This document shows positions 1-11,599 of a stretch of 64,000 nucleotides of DNA, piece after piece (positions within the stretch are counted from its first letter, which is position 1; each line of letters starts with the position of its first letter). A program made the translations under genes and the position numbers. The notes under the pieces are model-generated. The model was not told where the DNA came from and did no database searches. It saw nothing but the letters and a program-made list of their open reading frames with translations. Origin of the DNA: Convolutriloba macropyga (Eukaryota); assembly GCF_964194025.1 (NCBI RefSeq), contig NC_134470.1, forward strand, positions 18,476,001 through 18,540,000, in the 5' to 3' direction.

Positions 1-398
1 GTGGGGGCAACTGACCATACTTACTGACCTGATGCAACGCCTACTTATTTACAAAACTTTTTTAACAGAAAGAAAAACATACCGGAAAGAAATAAACTGA
101 CGAAAACAAAAGCAATCTTATAAAAATTACAACAAGGTGCGACTCGAAAAGTACAAGTAAGATCTGTTAACAAAGAAAAACATACAATCAATTCATAAAC
201 AAGGTATCAGGCTCAAAAAAACAGCAAATGAAAGTTCATGGCGAAGGAAAAATTGAAAAAGCAACATTCTCTGTAAAGTACAAACAAAATTCTCCAAAAA
301 ACGATAAAATGCGATCCTTCGAACAATATTTGGACAAAACTTAATTAAATCTTCTAATAGCCGACCAATAATTTGCAGATAAAAAATAAAAACAAAAG

Positions 399-1595
399 AC
401 CAGCAGATTGACGGAAAATAGCCGCCGTTGACGCACATCGGGATTGAAACAGAAAAAGAAGCAAAGATAAAAATTGAGCAACTTTTTCCCTAAGTTTCAA
501 AAAAATGCGCTTATTTGGTGTGCAGATTCAGTTAGATTTTAAAACCAAACATAATTCAGCTTCTAAACTAAAAGCTACTAAGCTCAATAAAAATGTCAGA
601 GAACGAACTTCAATAACCTAATGCACTATGACTTAATGACCACGCTGTATCGGTTAGTCCAGTTTCATTTGCTCTTTTGACTTTGACTGTATTCACATTT
701 CGTAAATCAATACGCAAAAGATTTTAAAATCCATTCAGTTGAAACAGTGACCGAGGTAAGTCAGAGGTCAAGCGTGAAAACCGTGACTGATGTAAAACGA
801 AAAAAGTGATCAAAAGGTAAAGTGAATTAAAAAAAGGAGAGAGCCTAAATAAGAGCCACTGAAGAAATAGGCAACAAACTTAGAAAACATACAAAAATCT
901 GCAAAAATTTCACAAAATCACGCAATTTTCTTTCCCAAGAGAACTCAAAGTCAATACTTATCAAATTGAGAGACAACAAAAAATGCTAGAACAACACTGA
1001 TTTTAATCACAAAACTCCCCAAATGCTATCAAAAATTGAAAAAGAAAATCGCCGAAAAATCTTAAAACGAGGCAAAATAGTAAAAATAATTGAAAATTGA
1101 AACCAAAATTAAAAAATACTCTTCAGATGGTCAAAAAACGCTTAATTACTAGCTTAGAGAATTGCGCGAAACACTTTTTACGGTAAAAATTGGAGTAAAA
1201 ACAAAAACTGCTTTCAAAAAGCCGCACGCGATCAAAAACTTCAAATCGCTCAGTGAAAATTTATTCAAACCTGCTTTTATCGCTCTCTCTCTCTCTCAAT
1301 AAGCGAGGAACAAAAAACACTCTCTTCTCTAAGCAATTTGACATTAACTCTTTTTTCGTGCATTTCAATTCCTTTTTTAAATACACTCCAACAAAATTAC
1401 CGATAAAAGACGCTTCACCAATACCCCTCTTCAAGTCGTAAAAAACAGCGCTCCAATACAATGAAAGATCTGTGAATTGTAAAAACTAGGAGCGCAATAT
1501 TGGCCTGCTGAGAAAATGAGGTTGCCTAAAAAACAAAAGCAAAAAAGGTCACCGCAATATAGCTACGCTCAGTGTACAACTTCGCAGTTATAATA
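399..1595 (-). mobile_element. Degenerate Helentron-associated non-autonomous element (HINE/DINE-1-like), copy E
   Basis: The left end ccagcagattgacggaaaatagccgc matches the family end motif. 1205-1500 is similar to 6250-6505. A decayed terminal palindrome lies at ~1556-1591. Boundaries are approximate. Confidence 0.45.
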
Positions 1596-1813
1596 ATTGA
1601 CCCATCTTTGGAAGAAAGAATTTACGGATCTAGAAACTAAAAATCTTTGCCGTTTTAGGGTTTCGAGTAGTCAGAAAAAACGAAAGCGATATTGAAGCTG
1701 AAGACGGTTGCAACAGCGATAAAGTATCAAACACGTGAGTGACAAACGAGATGGTGTACAGAAAAATCTCTTTACCGCACAAGCAAAATCTCAATATCTG
1801 CAGACAAATGAAA

Positions 1814-3390
1814 CATAATTGGCAGACTGCCGGAAAATAGCCTCGATAGACTCTTGTGGCCTACCATGAATTGAAACAACTAAAGAAATAAGATTGACAG
1901 ATCGACTACCAGTTTTTTAATAGACGGTTAGATTTTCTGGGTTAGATTCGGACTGTCACTTTTATGAGACACATTCTCTCAACAAGGAAAAAGCCCTAAT
2001 CGAGATTTTTAAAAATTAATGTTCGATATTAAAACCCAAGACTCTTAATCAGGAAATATGGCATATAAGTTTGGCACTAATTAGATGCACACTATTGACC
2101 TTTAATTAGTAAATATTACTAAAATTTAAAGTTCCATAAGTGAATTCAAAAGTAAGTTTTTTGAGTGAGGTTAGTCACGCAATTGACCTAAAAGCAGAAA
2201 TGACGTCACGAACACAAATTTTAACTGCAAAGCAGTAGAAGTCACTGAGGTCATTGAAAGTCAATTCCAAGATGTCAGATTAAGACGAAACAAAAATTTG
2301 TTAGACGACGTAAAAAATATAGTAGGATAAGTCCTGACGTACAATTCAAAGAAATTTGATCGACTAAACAAAAAACTAGACCTAGAACGTACTATGAGCG
2401 AATTGAAAAACCAACTAAAAACATAGCTGACAGATTGCCAGAAAATAGCCGCAACAGCTTCGTAGATCTGCAGTCTAAGAAAACACTAAGACAGACCAAA
2501 AAATTCGTCTTTTTAATGAAGGCTGATATGTTAAATTTTGGTTAAAAGTCTGTATAAGTTTTTGCTACCTCTATTAGCTGCTCTCAAATAACCTTCGTTT
2601 AGAGTGACACACCCCCATTTGACCTTATCTCTTTGAATTAAAGTAAACAAAAGTCACTTTCAAAGCGAGGAAGTCATTTTTGAGAGTGAGGTTAGCCAAG
2701 TGTGACCCATCGCGCGAATGAAAAAAACTCGCTCCACTAAGAGCGAAAAATGACGTCACGCACGCACTTCAGTTAAAATTGCATGAACGAATGAACAAAA
2801 CGCAGATTTGAAGTGGTTGTGACGTCACATGGTCGTAACAAAAATCGCGATGACGAATAAAAAAACCAAGAGATGGTCAATAATAGCCCCAGCTATCGCT
2901 GTGCGGCTATTAAAAACAATCAGATAAAAAAATCTTCAAAAAAAAATCAATGTCGAAATGACGCATGTAAACGAAAAACAACTAGCGAGACATGGAAATT
3001 TGGTTCAAACAAAGAACTAGGCCTATAATGAACTATAAATGGATTGGGAAAACTCCGATCCAAAAAATCGAAAAAACAGTAAACATGAAAACATGTAAAC
3101 AGTAAAGTGAAATTGCCGCATATGAACAAAAAACCACTAGCAAAAAATGGAATTTTTGTTCAAAGTCACCCGTTTTCTGAAAAAAAATTTACGCCGCGAA
3201 ACCATTCGCTTTTTCGCTCTACTTTCTGTTTCGGTGTGACCAAGATCACTACTCCAATTTGACTTCAAATTTCATGAAAATGTGTAAACAGATCTTTAAA
3301 AAAAGACAGCGCCCCAATACAATTCAAATTTTTTGAATTGTAAAACAGGAGCGCTATAATAGCCGCCTGGAATTTCTGACGCGGCTATTA
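1814..3390 (-). mobile_element. HINE/DINE-1-like element, copy A (contains nested copy B)
   Basis: The left end is cataattggcagactgccggaaaatagcc (small hairpin plus subTIR). The right end is aatagccgc...gcggctatt (subTIR plus inverted partner). The body is paralogous to 4696-5606. Confidence 0.6.
2422..2911 (-). mobile_element. HINE/DINE-1-like element, copy B, nested in copy A
   Basis: Runs from catagctgacagattgccagaaaatagccgc to aatagccccagctatcgctgtgcggctatt. It is flanked by A runs (TT target on the minus strand) and is absent from the paralogous position near 5300. Confidence 0.62.
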
Positions 3391-3519
3391 ATAGGAGATT
3401 GTATACAGAAAACTGCTGAGACAGCAATGATGGGACTTTCTCAAATAATTTGACGTCAAGCCTTTCCAATACAAAACTCCATATCCATACAATGCATCTT
3501 TAAATCATTCGATCATTAC

Positions 3520-3699
3520 CTTTCGAGCACAGCTGCAGCAGTTCCCGATTTACTATTATTGAACAAATCGGCTTGCACTGTCTGGAAATCCGAGGTCGAG
3601 TTGGAAAGCGGGCTGGCGTATCCTACACTAGTGAATGCAACCGAGTAGGCAGGTGGCGACTTCATTGCTGTAGACGTTGGCATCATTTCCAGATTACTT
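3520..3699 (-). CDS. Exon of unknown Ser-rich protein (180 nt, phase 2-2, repeat copy 2)
   Basis: Acceptor ttttttccag and donor gtaatg. The open frame reads SNLEMMPTSTAMKSPPAYSVAF...KSGTAAAVLER and is paralogous to 4239-4418. Confidence 0.72.
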
Positions 3700-4238
3700 C
3701 TGGAAAAAAAACATTTGCTAAAACCACCCAAGAAGAGCATAACTTAAATATGAAGCTAAAATAAATGAGGATAGAGTGCACATAGTCGAACTATAGCCGT
3801 AAAATAGACCGCTGAGACTGTCTACTCAAAAACATTATTTAAGAAAAGACCACGAAGACCGAAGATAAAATTTGAATAAAAATAACCAAAAATGCTAAAT
3901 TATCGACTAGCACAGTACAAATTTCTAACGTCGCGGTGCCGAGTTGGATGGCGACAAAGCAACAATTGCTCTGCAAACCATGAATTTATTACTCTCAGCA
4001 GTTCGCCAATTTAGTTATTTTGGGACTAATAAGGCTCTAAGAGAACTTCACAGCAACTTAATGCAACGACGAGAGATCTCAAAAAAGTATCGGGACGAAC
4101 ATCGATCGTATGAAAAAATCGCATTAAAAACAAATTGACTAACCGATCGCTCTTAAACGACAGGCGCGTATAGCGTGTCAAACGTTAAAACAACAAACAT
4201 CGCCCCAATTTATTCATAGTACATTTTGTAAATGTTAC

Positions 4239-4418
4239 CTTTCGAGAACAGCAACAGCTGTTCCGGATTTGCTTGGGTTGAACATTTCAGCTTGCACTGA
4301 TTGGAAATCAGAGGCAGAGTTCGAATGCGCACTCGTGCAGCCAACACCATTGAAAGCTACTGAGCATGCCGGTGGCGACTTCATGGCAGTCGATCTTGTC
4401 ATAACTTTGTGATTTCCC
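4239..4418 (-). CDS. Exon of unknown Ser-rich protein (180 nt, phase 2-2, repeat copy 1)
   Basis: Acceptor ttcctttcag and donor gtaaca. The open frame reads GNHKVMTRSTAMKSPPACSVAF...KSGTAVAVLER and is phase-compatible with 8178-8586 and 3520-3699. Confidence 0.72.
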
Positions 4419-4695
4419 CTGAAAGGAACTTCTGTTTATGTTGATTTCGACCGCTATAGTTATCGAATAAAATACTTTTTAACCGTGTTCTCCACAAAAT
4501 TCTTTAATTTCAAAATGCTACTAGAAATCAGCCGAGGAGTCGATGACAAGATCAGCGAAAAACTGCCAAATTCCTTTGTCACCCTGGTATTATGGGGCAT
4601 TCAGTATTAACCAAAAATATTCAGCACATAACATGCATATGCATGCGATAAATTATATACTGAGAAAAATCCGAGACCAAAAAGCTACGCAATAA

Positions 4696-6537
4696 CATAG
4701 CCGGCAGATTGCCAGAAAATAGCCGCGATAGACGCTTGTAGCGTTACAAGAATTGAAACAACCATAGAAATAAAATAGACAGATCGACCACCAGTCCTTT
4801 AACAGACCACTAGACTTTTTGGGTTAGCTTCGGACTGTCATTTTTATGAGACACATAAGGAGAAAGCCCTAATAGGGCTTTTCAAAATTAGGATCTTTTC
4901 CGTTGTGCCCCCTCAGCTTAGTGGCCGCATATTATTTGCACCCCCCAGATGCACGTGCAATATTGGGGGGGCACAAACGGAAAAGATCCCAAAATTAATA
5001 TTCGAAATCAAAAACTCAAGACTATATTCAAGAATTAGGGCATATTCTTGGCACTACTTAGATGCACACTATTGACCTTTAATAAGTAAATGTTCATAAA
5101 ATTAAAAGTTTCATAAGTGAGCTCAGAAGTCATTTTTTTGAGTGAGGTAAGTCATTGAAAAAGTCAATTCCAAGAAGTCACGGTAAGACGAAACAAAAAT
5201 CTGTTAGACGAAGTAAAAAACATAGCAGGAAAAGTCCTGACGTTCAATTCAAAGAATTTTCATTGACTTAACAAAAAACTAGACCTGGAATCAACTATGA
5301 AGGGATTGGGAAACCTATTTAGAAAAAATCCGATCCAAAAAATCGAAAAAAATAGTAAGTGAAATTGCCGCATGTGAGCAAAAAACTACTAACGAGAAAG
5401 CGAACTTTTGTTCAAACGCCGTTTTCTAACTCTACTTTAAAATTAGAGCGAAAAAAATTCACGCCGTAAAACCACTCGCTTTTTCGCTCCACTTCCTGTT
5501 TCGGCGTGACCAAAATCACCACTCCAATTTGACTTCAAAAATCATGAAAATGTGTGAACAGATCTTAAAAAAAAAGACAGCGCCCCAAATTCTTTGAATT
5601 GTAAAAACATAGCCGGAAGAATTCCGGAAACGACTCAAAGCAAAAAATTGCCCATACTTATTACTAAGCAACTAGAACAACTATTGTGAACCCTAAACCT
5701 CCACAAATACCATAAAAAAAATTAAGGAAAAAAAACGGCATTCAAAAACAAACTGAAAAAAAACTATAAAAACTTAATGAGTTTTTTTTAATAGTACAAG
5801 AAACATAACGCCGAATAAGGTTCCTTTGCAATTAGAGCAATGAGAAGCTCGCACAACAATGGGCAAGTCATAATAGGGTGGGTAAGAAACTTGTCTAAGA
5901 TTAAAAAAAGAAAAACTGCAAAAAAATAAGAAATGGTTTAAAATTTCTCAATTTTTGTGTCATTTTTCCTAAGAAAAAAATGATTCATACCAACAAAACT
6001 TTAATTACTTGGTATCTGAAGATTCCTTAAGGAACAAGCTTCTATTCAAATCCCACTTAAAGCAGTAAAACAAAAAAAAACAGGTAAAAAATCATTAAAT
6101 TTCGTCTAAAAATCAGCAAAACTGATCAGAAACTTCCAAATTAGCATTAAAAATCAACTTAACTACTTTAAACCTTCAATCCTATCAAAACAAGCCTGAA
6201 ACTAATACAATATCATAATCAAACCTCATAACCATCAAAAGTTGCAAAAAAAACTGCTTTTAAAAGCCGCACGTGATAAAAAAAATCCGCTCGCTTGGAG
6301 AAAATTTTTTCACACATCAATTTCTCGCTCTCTCAAAAACAGCGGTATGAACAAAAACCACTCTCTTTTCGCTTTTTAAGCGCCAAAATCACTCCAAATT
6401 TTATCACGCGTTTCATTTCCCGCTTCAAAAATCACTCCAATAAAATTGATTTTAAAAAAGACTTCTCCAATACTCTTCGAGTCGTAAAAAAATTAGGAGC
6501 GCTATAATAGCCGCCTTGAATTAAGGACGCGGCTATT
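4696..6537 (-). mobile_element. HINE/DINE-1-like composite (copy C 4696-5606 plus copy D from 5608)
   Basis: catagccggcagattgccagaaaatagccgc at 4696, a second end motif catagccggaagaattccgg at 5608, and the terminal palindrome aatagccgc...gcggctatt at 6506-6537. Confidence 0.6.
4891..4989. mobile_element. Merlin-like MITE
   Basis: TIRs ggatcttttccgtt(t)gtgccccc with a perfect 8-bp TSD caaaatta. The empty site is visible in the paralog near 2010. Confidence 0.85.
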
Positions 6538-7398
6538 AATAAACCATTCGAAGCAATTATTGAGGTGTCAGTTATTACTGCCGAAGGGAAGTCGAAGGAT
6601 TTTTGCCATCTCAATTCGCCTTAGAGCTCACGCTATCAATGGTCCATGTGCAAATATACGGTGCGGGCGTCGCCTACAACCTCCACACCAAGACTCAAAA
6701 ATTATCCAAGACCAAACAGGCATTACAAATTTTTGTAAGGAAAAACTGAGACAACTTAACTTTTCCAATTAAAATCTTTGAACGAACCTCACTACCTAGC
6801 CTTATTAGACAACAAGATGTAGATTTTTTAACATTAACACTTCAAAATAACGGTTGCAAGACATTCTAAATAAAGACAAAATCAATGACATCCCACATGC
6901 ACCGTTTATTGAGCCTCAAAAATGAAGATTTAGCTCGCTCAGTGCAGTCCTTTGTTCCTTCCGACTAGAGGTCCAACGTTAGCTATTAACATAGATTGGG
7001 TACTGCATTGCAAACAGAAGGAAGCGCGGGACAAATTAAGACACACCAGGCAAGTAAGATAACACAAACGCGCGCACACACAAACACGAAATCACTGCAC
7101 ATACAATTACACAAAAACGCATACTTACACGCGTACCGAAACACTCACATACACACATACACAAATTCACGTAGACACATTTCAGAGACTTATAAAGCAC
7201 TTAGATATTTCTTCTCTAATTTATTTGCCAGACTGTCTATTCGTCCCATTTCTGAGGACTGTGGAAAAACTGAAACGGTCAGACAAAAAATTGAATACAA
7301 GACTACCAGGACTACGATAATTGCCAATTTTTTTTGGATTAGAACAAATCATCATACTAATGGCACTGCCCTGTTTAACTATGCCGATATAAACAGTT

Positions 7399-7560
7399 GG
7401 ATCTTTTCCGTTTGTGCCCCCCCAGTACGTTATGCGCCCCCCAGTTGCAAAGCACGTGCCATTACATAGTAAATCATTATGTAAATATATTGCACGTGCG
7501 TCTGGGGGGTGCAAATAATATGCGCCCACTAATCTGGGGGGGCACAAACGGAAAAGATCC
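7399..7560. mobile_element. Merlin-like MITE
   Basis: Perfect TIRs ggatcttttccgtttgtgcccccccag and a perfect 8-bp TSD aaacagtt. Confidence 0.9.
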
Positions 7561-8177
7561 AAACAGTTATATAAATAACTGAAGCAAACTTTGCTGGGCG
7601 AGGGCAAAAAGGATGGGAAAATATGCGGAAAATAGTGTAATGTAGTACAGGCGGTTTTTATAACTATTATCTGTTCATTTTCTATTCACTCCCATTGCCA
7701 TGGGACCTTATATTTGACATTGGTATTCAAGTGTTTTGTCACCAAATCAATTTGTTAAAAAAATGTTTGGAGGTAACTAAAACAATGTTTTCGAAAGCAT
7801 TAGTTTGATATTGTTGAACGAACTGACATTTCCTGGAAACTAATGCAAATGGGTAGTCTAATTGCTTTAGAAGTTCCAATATAACCGATACATTACCAAA
7901 CTGGTTAGATCTCTCCGTTCAACATTCCTTAGTGATCAAACGCTATCAAGGACGCTAGCTACCGAAAATTACAACTATCCGGCCAAATCAACTACTTTCC
8001 TTTTTCGATTTCAACACTTATCAAATCATAGCCGAGTCATTATGATAAATTATAATTAGAAAGCTTTAAGTTCTGTCCCGACAATGCATGAGTTATTAGA
8101 TCAAAGAGCTCGTAAATTCTCGAGGCCGCAACTCGACGCTTCTCCACAATACTACAGGCATACATAGAAAAGCTTAC

Positions 8178-8586
8178 ATCACAGGATCAGGGTTCAATCT
8201 ATTGTACGAGGCCAAAGTGTCCGCCATGTGAAAAAATTCCCCTAGCTCTGCTGCTGTATGGAAGGCCAGACCTGCAATAGTTTCATCTGCTGGATTGCCA
8301 ACTTTGCTTTCATTCCAGTTACACGCACTCCGGTTCATCGAAGCATTCGTAACAAAAGAGAAATTTTCAAAACTCTCGGAGGATTCGGTCACCTCGTCGT
8401 CATCTCGACTAGCCATCCCATTATCCAAAGACATGTTGTCTCCTCGATTGTGGGAGGACTCGTATCCATTGTTTGGGTTGCCAAAAGCGACGTTGACAAT
8501 GGAATAAGTGCTGTTCTGGCCAGCCCTTGGAGTGACATTTGGAATATCGGTGGGTGACGAGACTCCATCAGAGCCAATAATATCAT
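8178..8586 (-). CDS. Exon 2 of unknown Ser/Asn-rich protein
   Basis: Acceptor tttcttttag (phase 1) and donor gtaagc (phase 2). The 409 nt are open: DIIGSDGVSSPTDIPNV...YNRLNPDPV. Confidence 0.7.
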
Positions 8587-9120
8587 CTAAAAGAAACCAT
8601 TATATGAGCATTCAACTTATGACGTACATTTGAATTGATCTATTTCATCCTATTTTAATGATGCGGATATTAGTTCCATACACGGAACTCTCACCCCCGA
8701 TGGGGGGGGGCTATTATGGGAAAGACTCCAAACTATGTCACGGCTAGAGCCACCTCTGCAAACCAATCAATGCTGAAACACTCATTATTAGTTTGTTTAC
8801 AGACTTACGATTTTTTTCATTTATTGCTTTATGTCACCATTAATCGTGGGATGATTATAGCAAAGACATCATTTGATTGACGCCGAACCGGGTTATGATC
8901 GAGTGCAGCTCTACAATCTGCAGAGTCACCTCAATTTTTAAATTTATTTCCTGCCTCTCACAGCCCAAAAACAAGTATAATTAAAAATTGTTTCTGCGTA
9001 ATTGCAGCGGAACAGCATTAGGCTTTAGTCTGCAGTGCATTGGCATATTCTCAGCTGCCCCTGTTGTACTGAGGACTGCGAATTAGTTTTGATACGCTGA
9101 ACACATGGAATCCGACTAAC

Positions 9121-9310
9121 CCTTCGAATTCTTCTCCACATAGCCCCGGGCTGTCATCGGGACCAGCAAACTGGCGCATGACTCTACTACTCCTATTGTA
9201 CCAACTTTAGACTCATTCAGCACAATATTCGATGCCTGGCCTTCTATAACCTCGAAAGAAGTTGCCAAGTTTTGAATTAAAGAGTTGCTAATATTCACTG
9301 TTGAAGACAT
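9121..9310 (-). CDS. First coding exon of unknown Ser/Asn-rich protein
   Basis: accATG start with an upstream in-frame TAA. Reads MSSTVNISNSLIQNLATSFEV...KNSK. The phase 1 donor G|gttagt matches the next exon. Confidence 0.65.
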
Positions 9311-10378
9311 GGTAAATCGTTGCTCATTTCTTGTTTAAAACGTAGGAGATGTTACATCAGTACATCTACATTTGTAGCGACTCCTATTATTAATTATTCG
9401 GCAAAAAACATCTATTGCAGTTTTAATACGAAGGGAGCATGCATTTGCGGGGTTACATGACCTTTTACTCAATGCCAAAATTTGCAAAGTGCTAAAATAA
9501 TCCATCAACTCGGTTCGATCGTTACGTCCAGTTGTCCGATTACAAATAAAAGTTACAAATTAAAATGCCAGAAATTTCTATATACTTAGCCAGATATCAA
9601 AATTACGTGCCTCTGCAGAAGCCATTTTGAAATTCTGGCGCAACATCTCCAACCGCTTCGCGGTCCTCGATAAGCGCCCGAAATTCTCAATAGGGTATCC
9701 ATTCCAAAAACCAAAAACAAACATCCGGAAAATCTATAACCGAATAAAATTATCGATTAGCACTAAACGTTTTGACTCTCTCAGTTTGGATCATTACTGT
9801 TTGTCTCCCAGCTCAGTGGCTATATAACTCTTCAACCCCCCCCCCCAACCATCCGCAGCCGCAAGTACTATATATACCAATACATAAATCGTAACGCGGG
9901 ATCCAAAGCACTGTCAGGGGATCTGGTTTTCAAATACAGGGAACACCGGAAAAACTCTTCAAACAGCAATAAACAATTAAAATTTGGAAAATATTTGCAT
10001 TCTGAAGCTGGAAGCGGTATCCGTTATTTAAGTAATGGAGGAGGCGCTACAAAACATCAGCTGATTCTTACAATGCAAGGTTTTTATTTGGTTTCTGCTT
10101 GGAAGGAACGAAAGAAGAGGACGCTGCTAAATAATCACAGCGATCCTATCTTGGTTACTTAGTTGTGTGATCACTTGAAATTTGCGTACTCTCATACGGC
10201 AATTTGAAGAAGTCATGCGACTTACTAGAAATTTAAATCTGCACGTGCTCTCCATAACTGGATTTTCCTTTGACACTTTCGCGCGCTTCGAAATCTATCT
10301 CCAGCGTTCATTTGACTCTTCCTAATACTGTTAACATAACGCATTGATAGATATCTTTTATCACAGGAGGAAGGATTT

Positions 10379-10686
10379 GGATCTATTTTGGCCCCCAGCT
10401 TAGTGGGCCTATATTTTATACGCCCCCAGGCGCACGTGCTATTTTTTTACATAGTAACGTGGGATCTTTTCCGTTGATGCCCCGCCAGCTTAGTGAGTGC
10501 ATATTATTTGCACCCCCCCCCCCCGACGCACGTGCCATATTTTTACATAGTGAATGACCATGTAATGACACGTGTAACTGGGGGGAGCATAACGTATTGA
10601 GGGGGGCACAAAAGGAAAATATCGGTAACATTCTATTTAACATATAATTTTAAACTGGGGGGGGGGGGGGCAAAACAGAATAGATA
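10379..10686. mobile_element. Degenerate Merlin-like MITE containing a nested copy (10462-10624)
   Basis: Outer ends ggatctattttggccccc and ggggcaaaacagaatagatat, with TSD aaggattt/agggattt. Inner ends ggatcttttccgtt and gggcacaaaaggaaaatatcg, with partial TSD gtaacgtg/gtaacatt. Confidence 0.7.
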
Positions 10687-10880
10687 TAGGGATTTAATGG
10701 GAAAGCTCAGAAAACTTCGCACGTCGGTTCTTGGAAATAATTTTATACCCATTAGCTTGCATTTCCACAAGCTCTAAATTGCATTCAAACAATTGAAAAT
10801 GTCAGATAAAAAACTTTCTGTCATGGAGATGATAGTCGAATTGCATGCTGCTATTCTGAGCTAAACGAAACTAAGAAAAC

Positions 10881-10961
10881 GGATCTTTTCTGTTTGTGCC
10901 CCCCCACCTGTTCGGTAATTGGGGGAGCATATCGTACCGGGGGCACAAACGGAAAAGATCC
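10881..10961. mobile_element. Short Merlin-like MITE
   Basis: TIRs ggatcttttctgtttgtgcccc and ggggcacaaacggaaaagatcc. The TSD is imperfect. Confidence 0.8.
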
Positions 10962-11011
10962 AAAAACAAATCAAACTGCAGAAACTACTCAGATGAGTGG
11001 AAACTAAAGCC

Positions 11012-11168
11012 GGATCTTTTCCGTTTGTGCCCCCCAGACGTTATGCAACCCCCAGTTACAGAGCACGGGTCAGTTCATAGTGAATAATTGCGTAAAAATA
11101 TAGCACGTGTGTCTGGGGGTGTAAATAATAAGCACCCACTAAGCTGGGTGGGGCACAGACGGAAAATC
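11012..11168. mobile_element. Merlin-like MITE
   Basis: Same TIR family, with TSD ctaaagcc/ctaaagtc. Confidence 0.8.
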
Positions 11169-11599
11169 CTAAAGTCAAACATAGCAAAAAAACATTCAAT
11201 ACAGCCAAAATATATGTCTACTGAAAACCTCAGTGACTAAAGGGTCGCAAGAATGCGATAAACTAAAGAGGAGCTACATTGTGCGATATAGGAGCAGCAA
11301 GTACAACATCTCAGTATATGAAGATACATTGTTTATACAAAACGTTTGTCATTTATTTCACGTAAACATGTAATGCAGAAAAATTACAGCTCTTTTTAAG
11401 ACTAGAAAAACGTAGAGCTTGGTGCTGAATTTTTCAAAACCAATTAATTGATCCTTCAATTTTGTAAACGGTTAAATGACTTAGGTGTGAAAGCATTTCA
11501 TAGACCGATCGTATGTCCTCAATAAAACTTCAATCGATGATTTCAAAAGACATATTATCGAGTGACGTAAACCACGCGTGATAAAAATTACTTAATTCT

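Noticed and set aside
6996-7469. 157-aa ORF
   Set aside because: Made of a CA-rich low-complexity tract plus a MITE; no domain or splice support.
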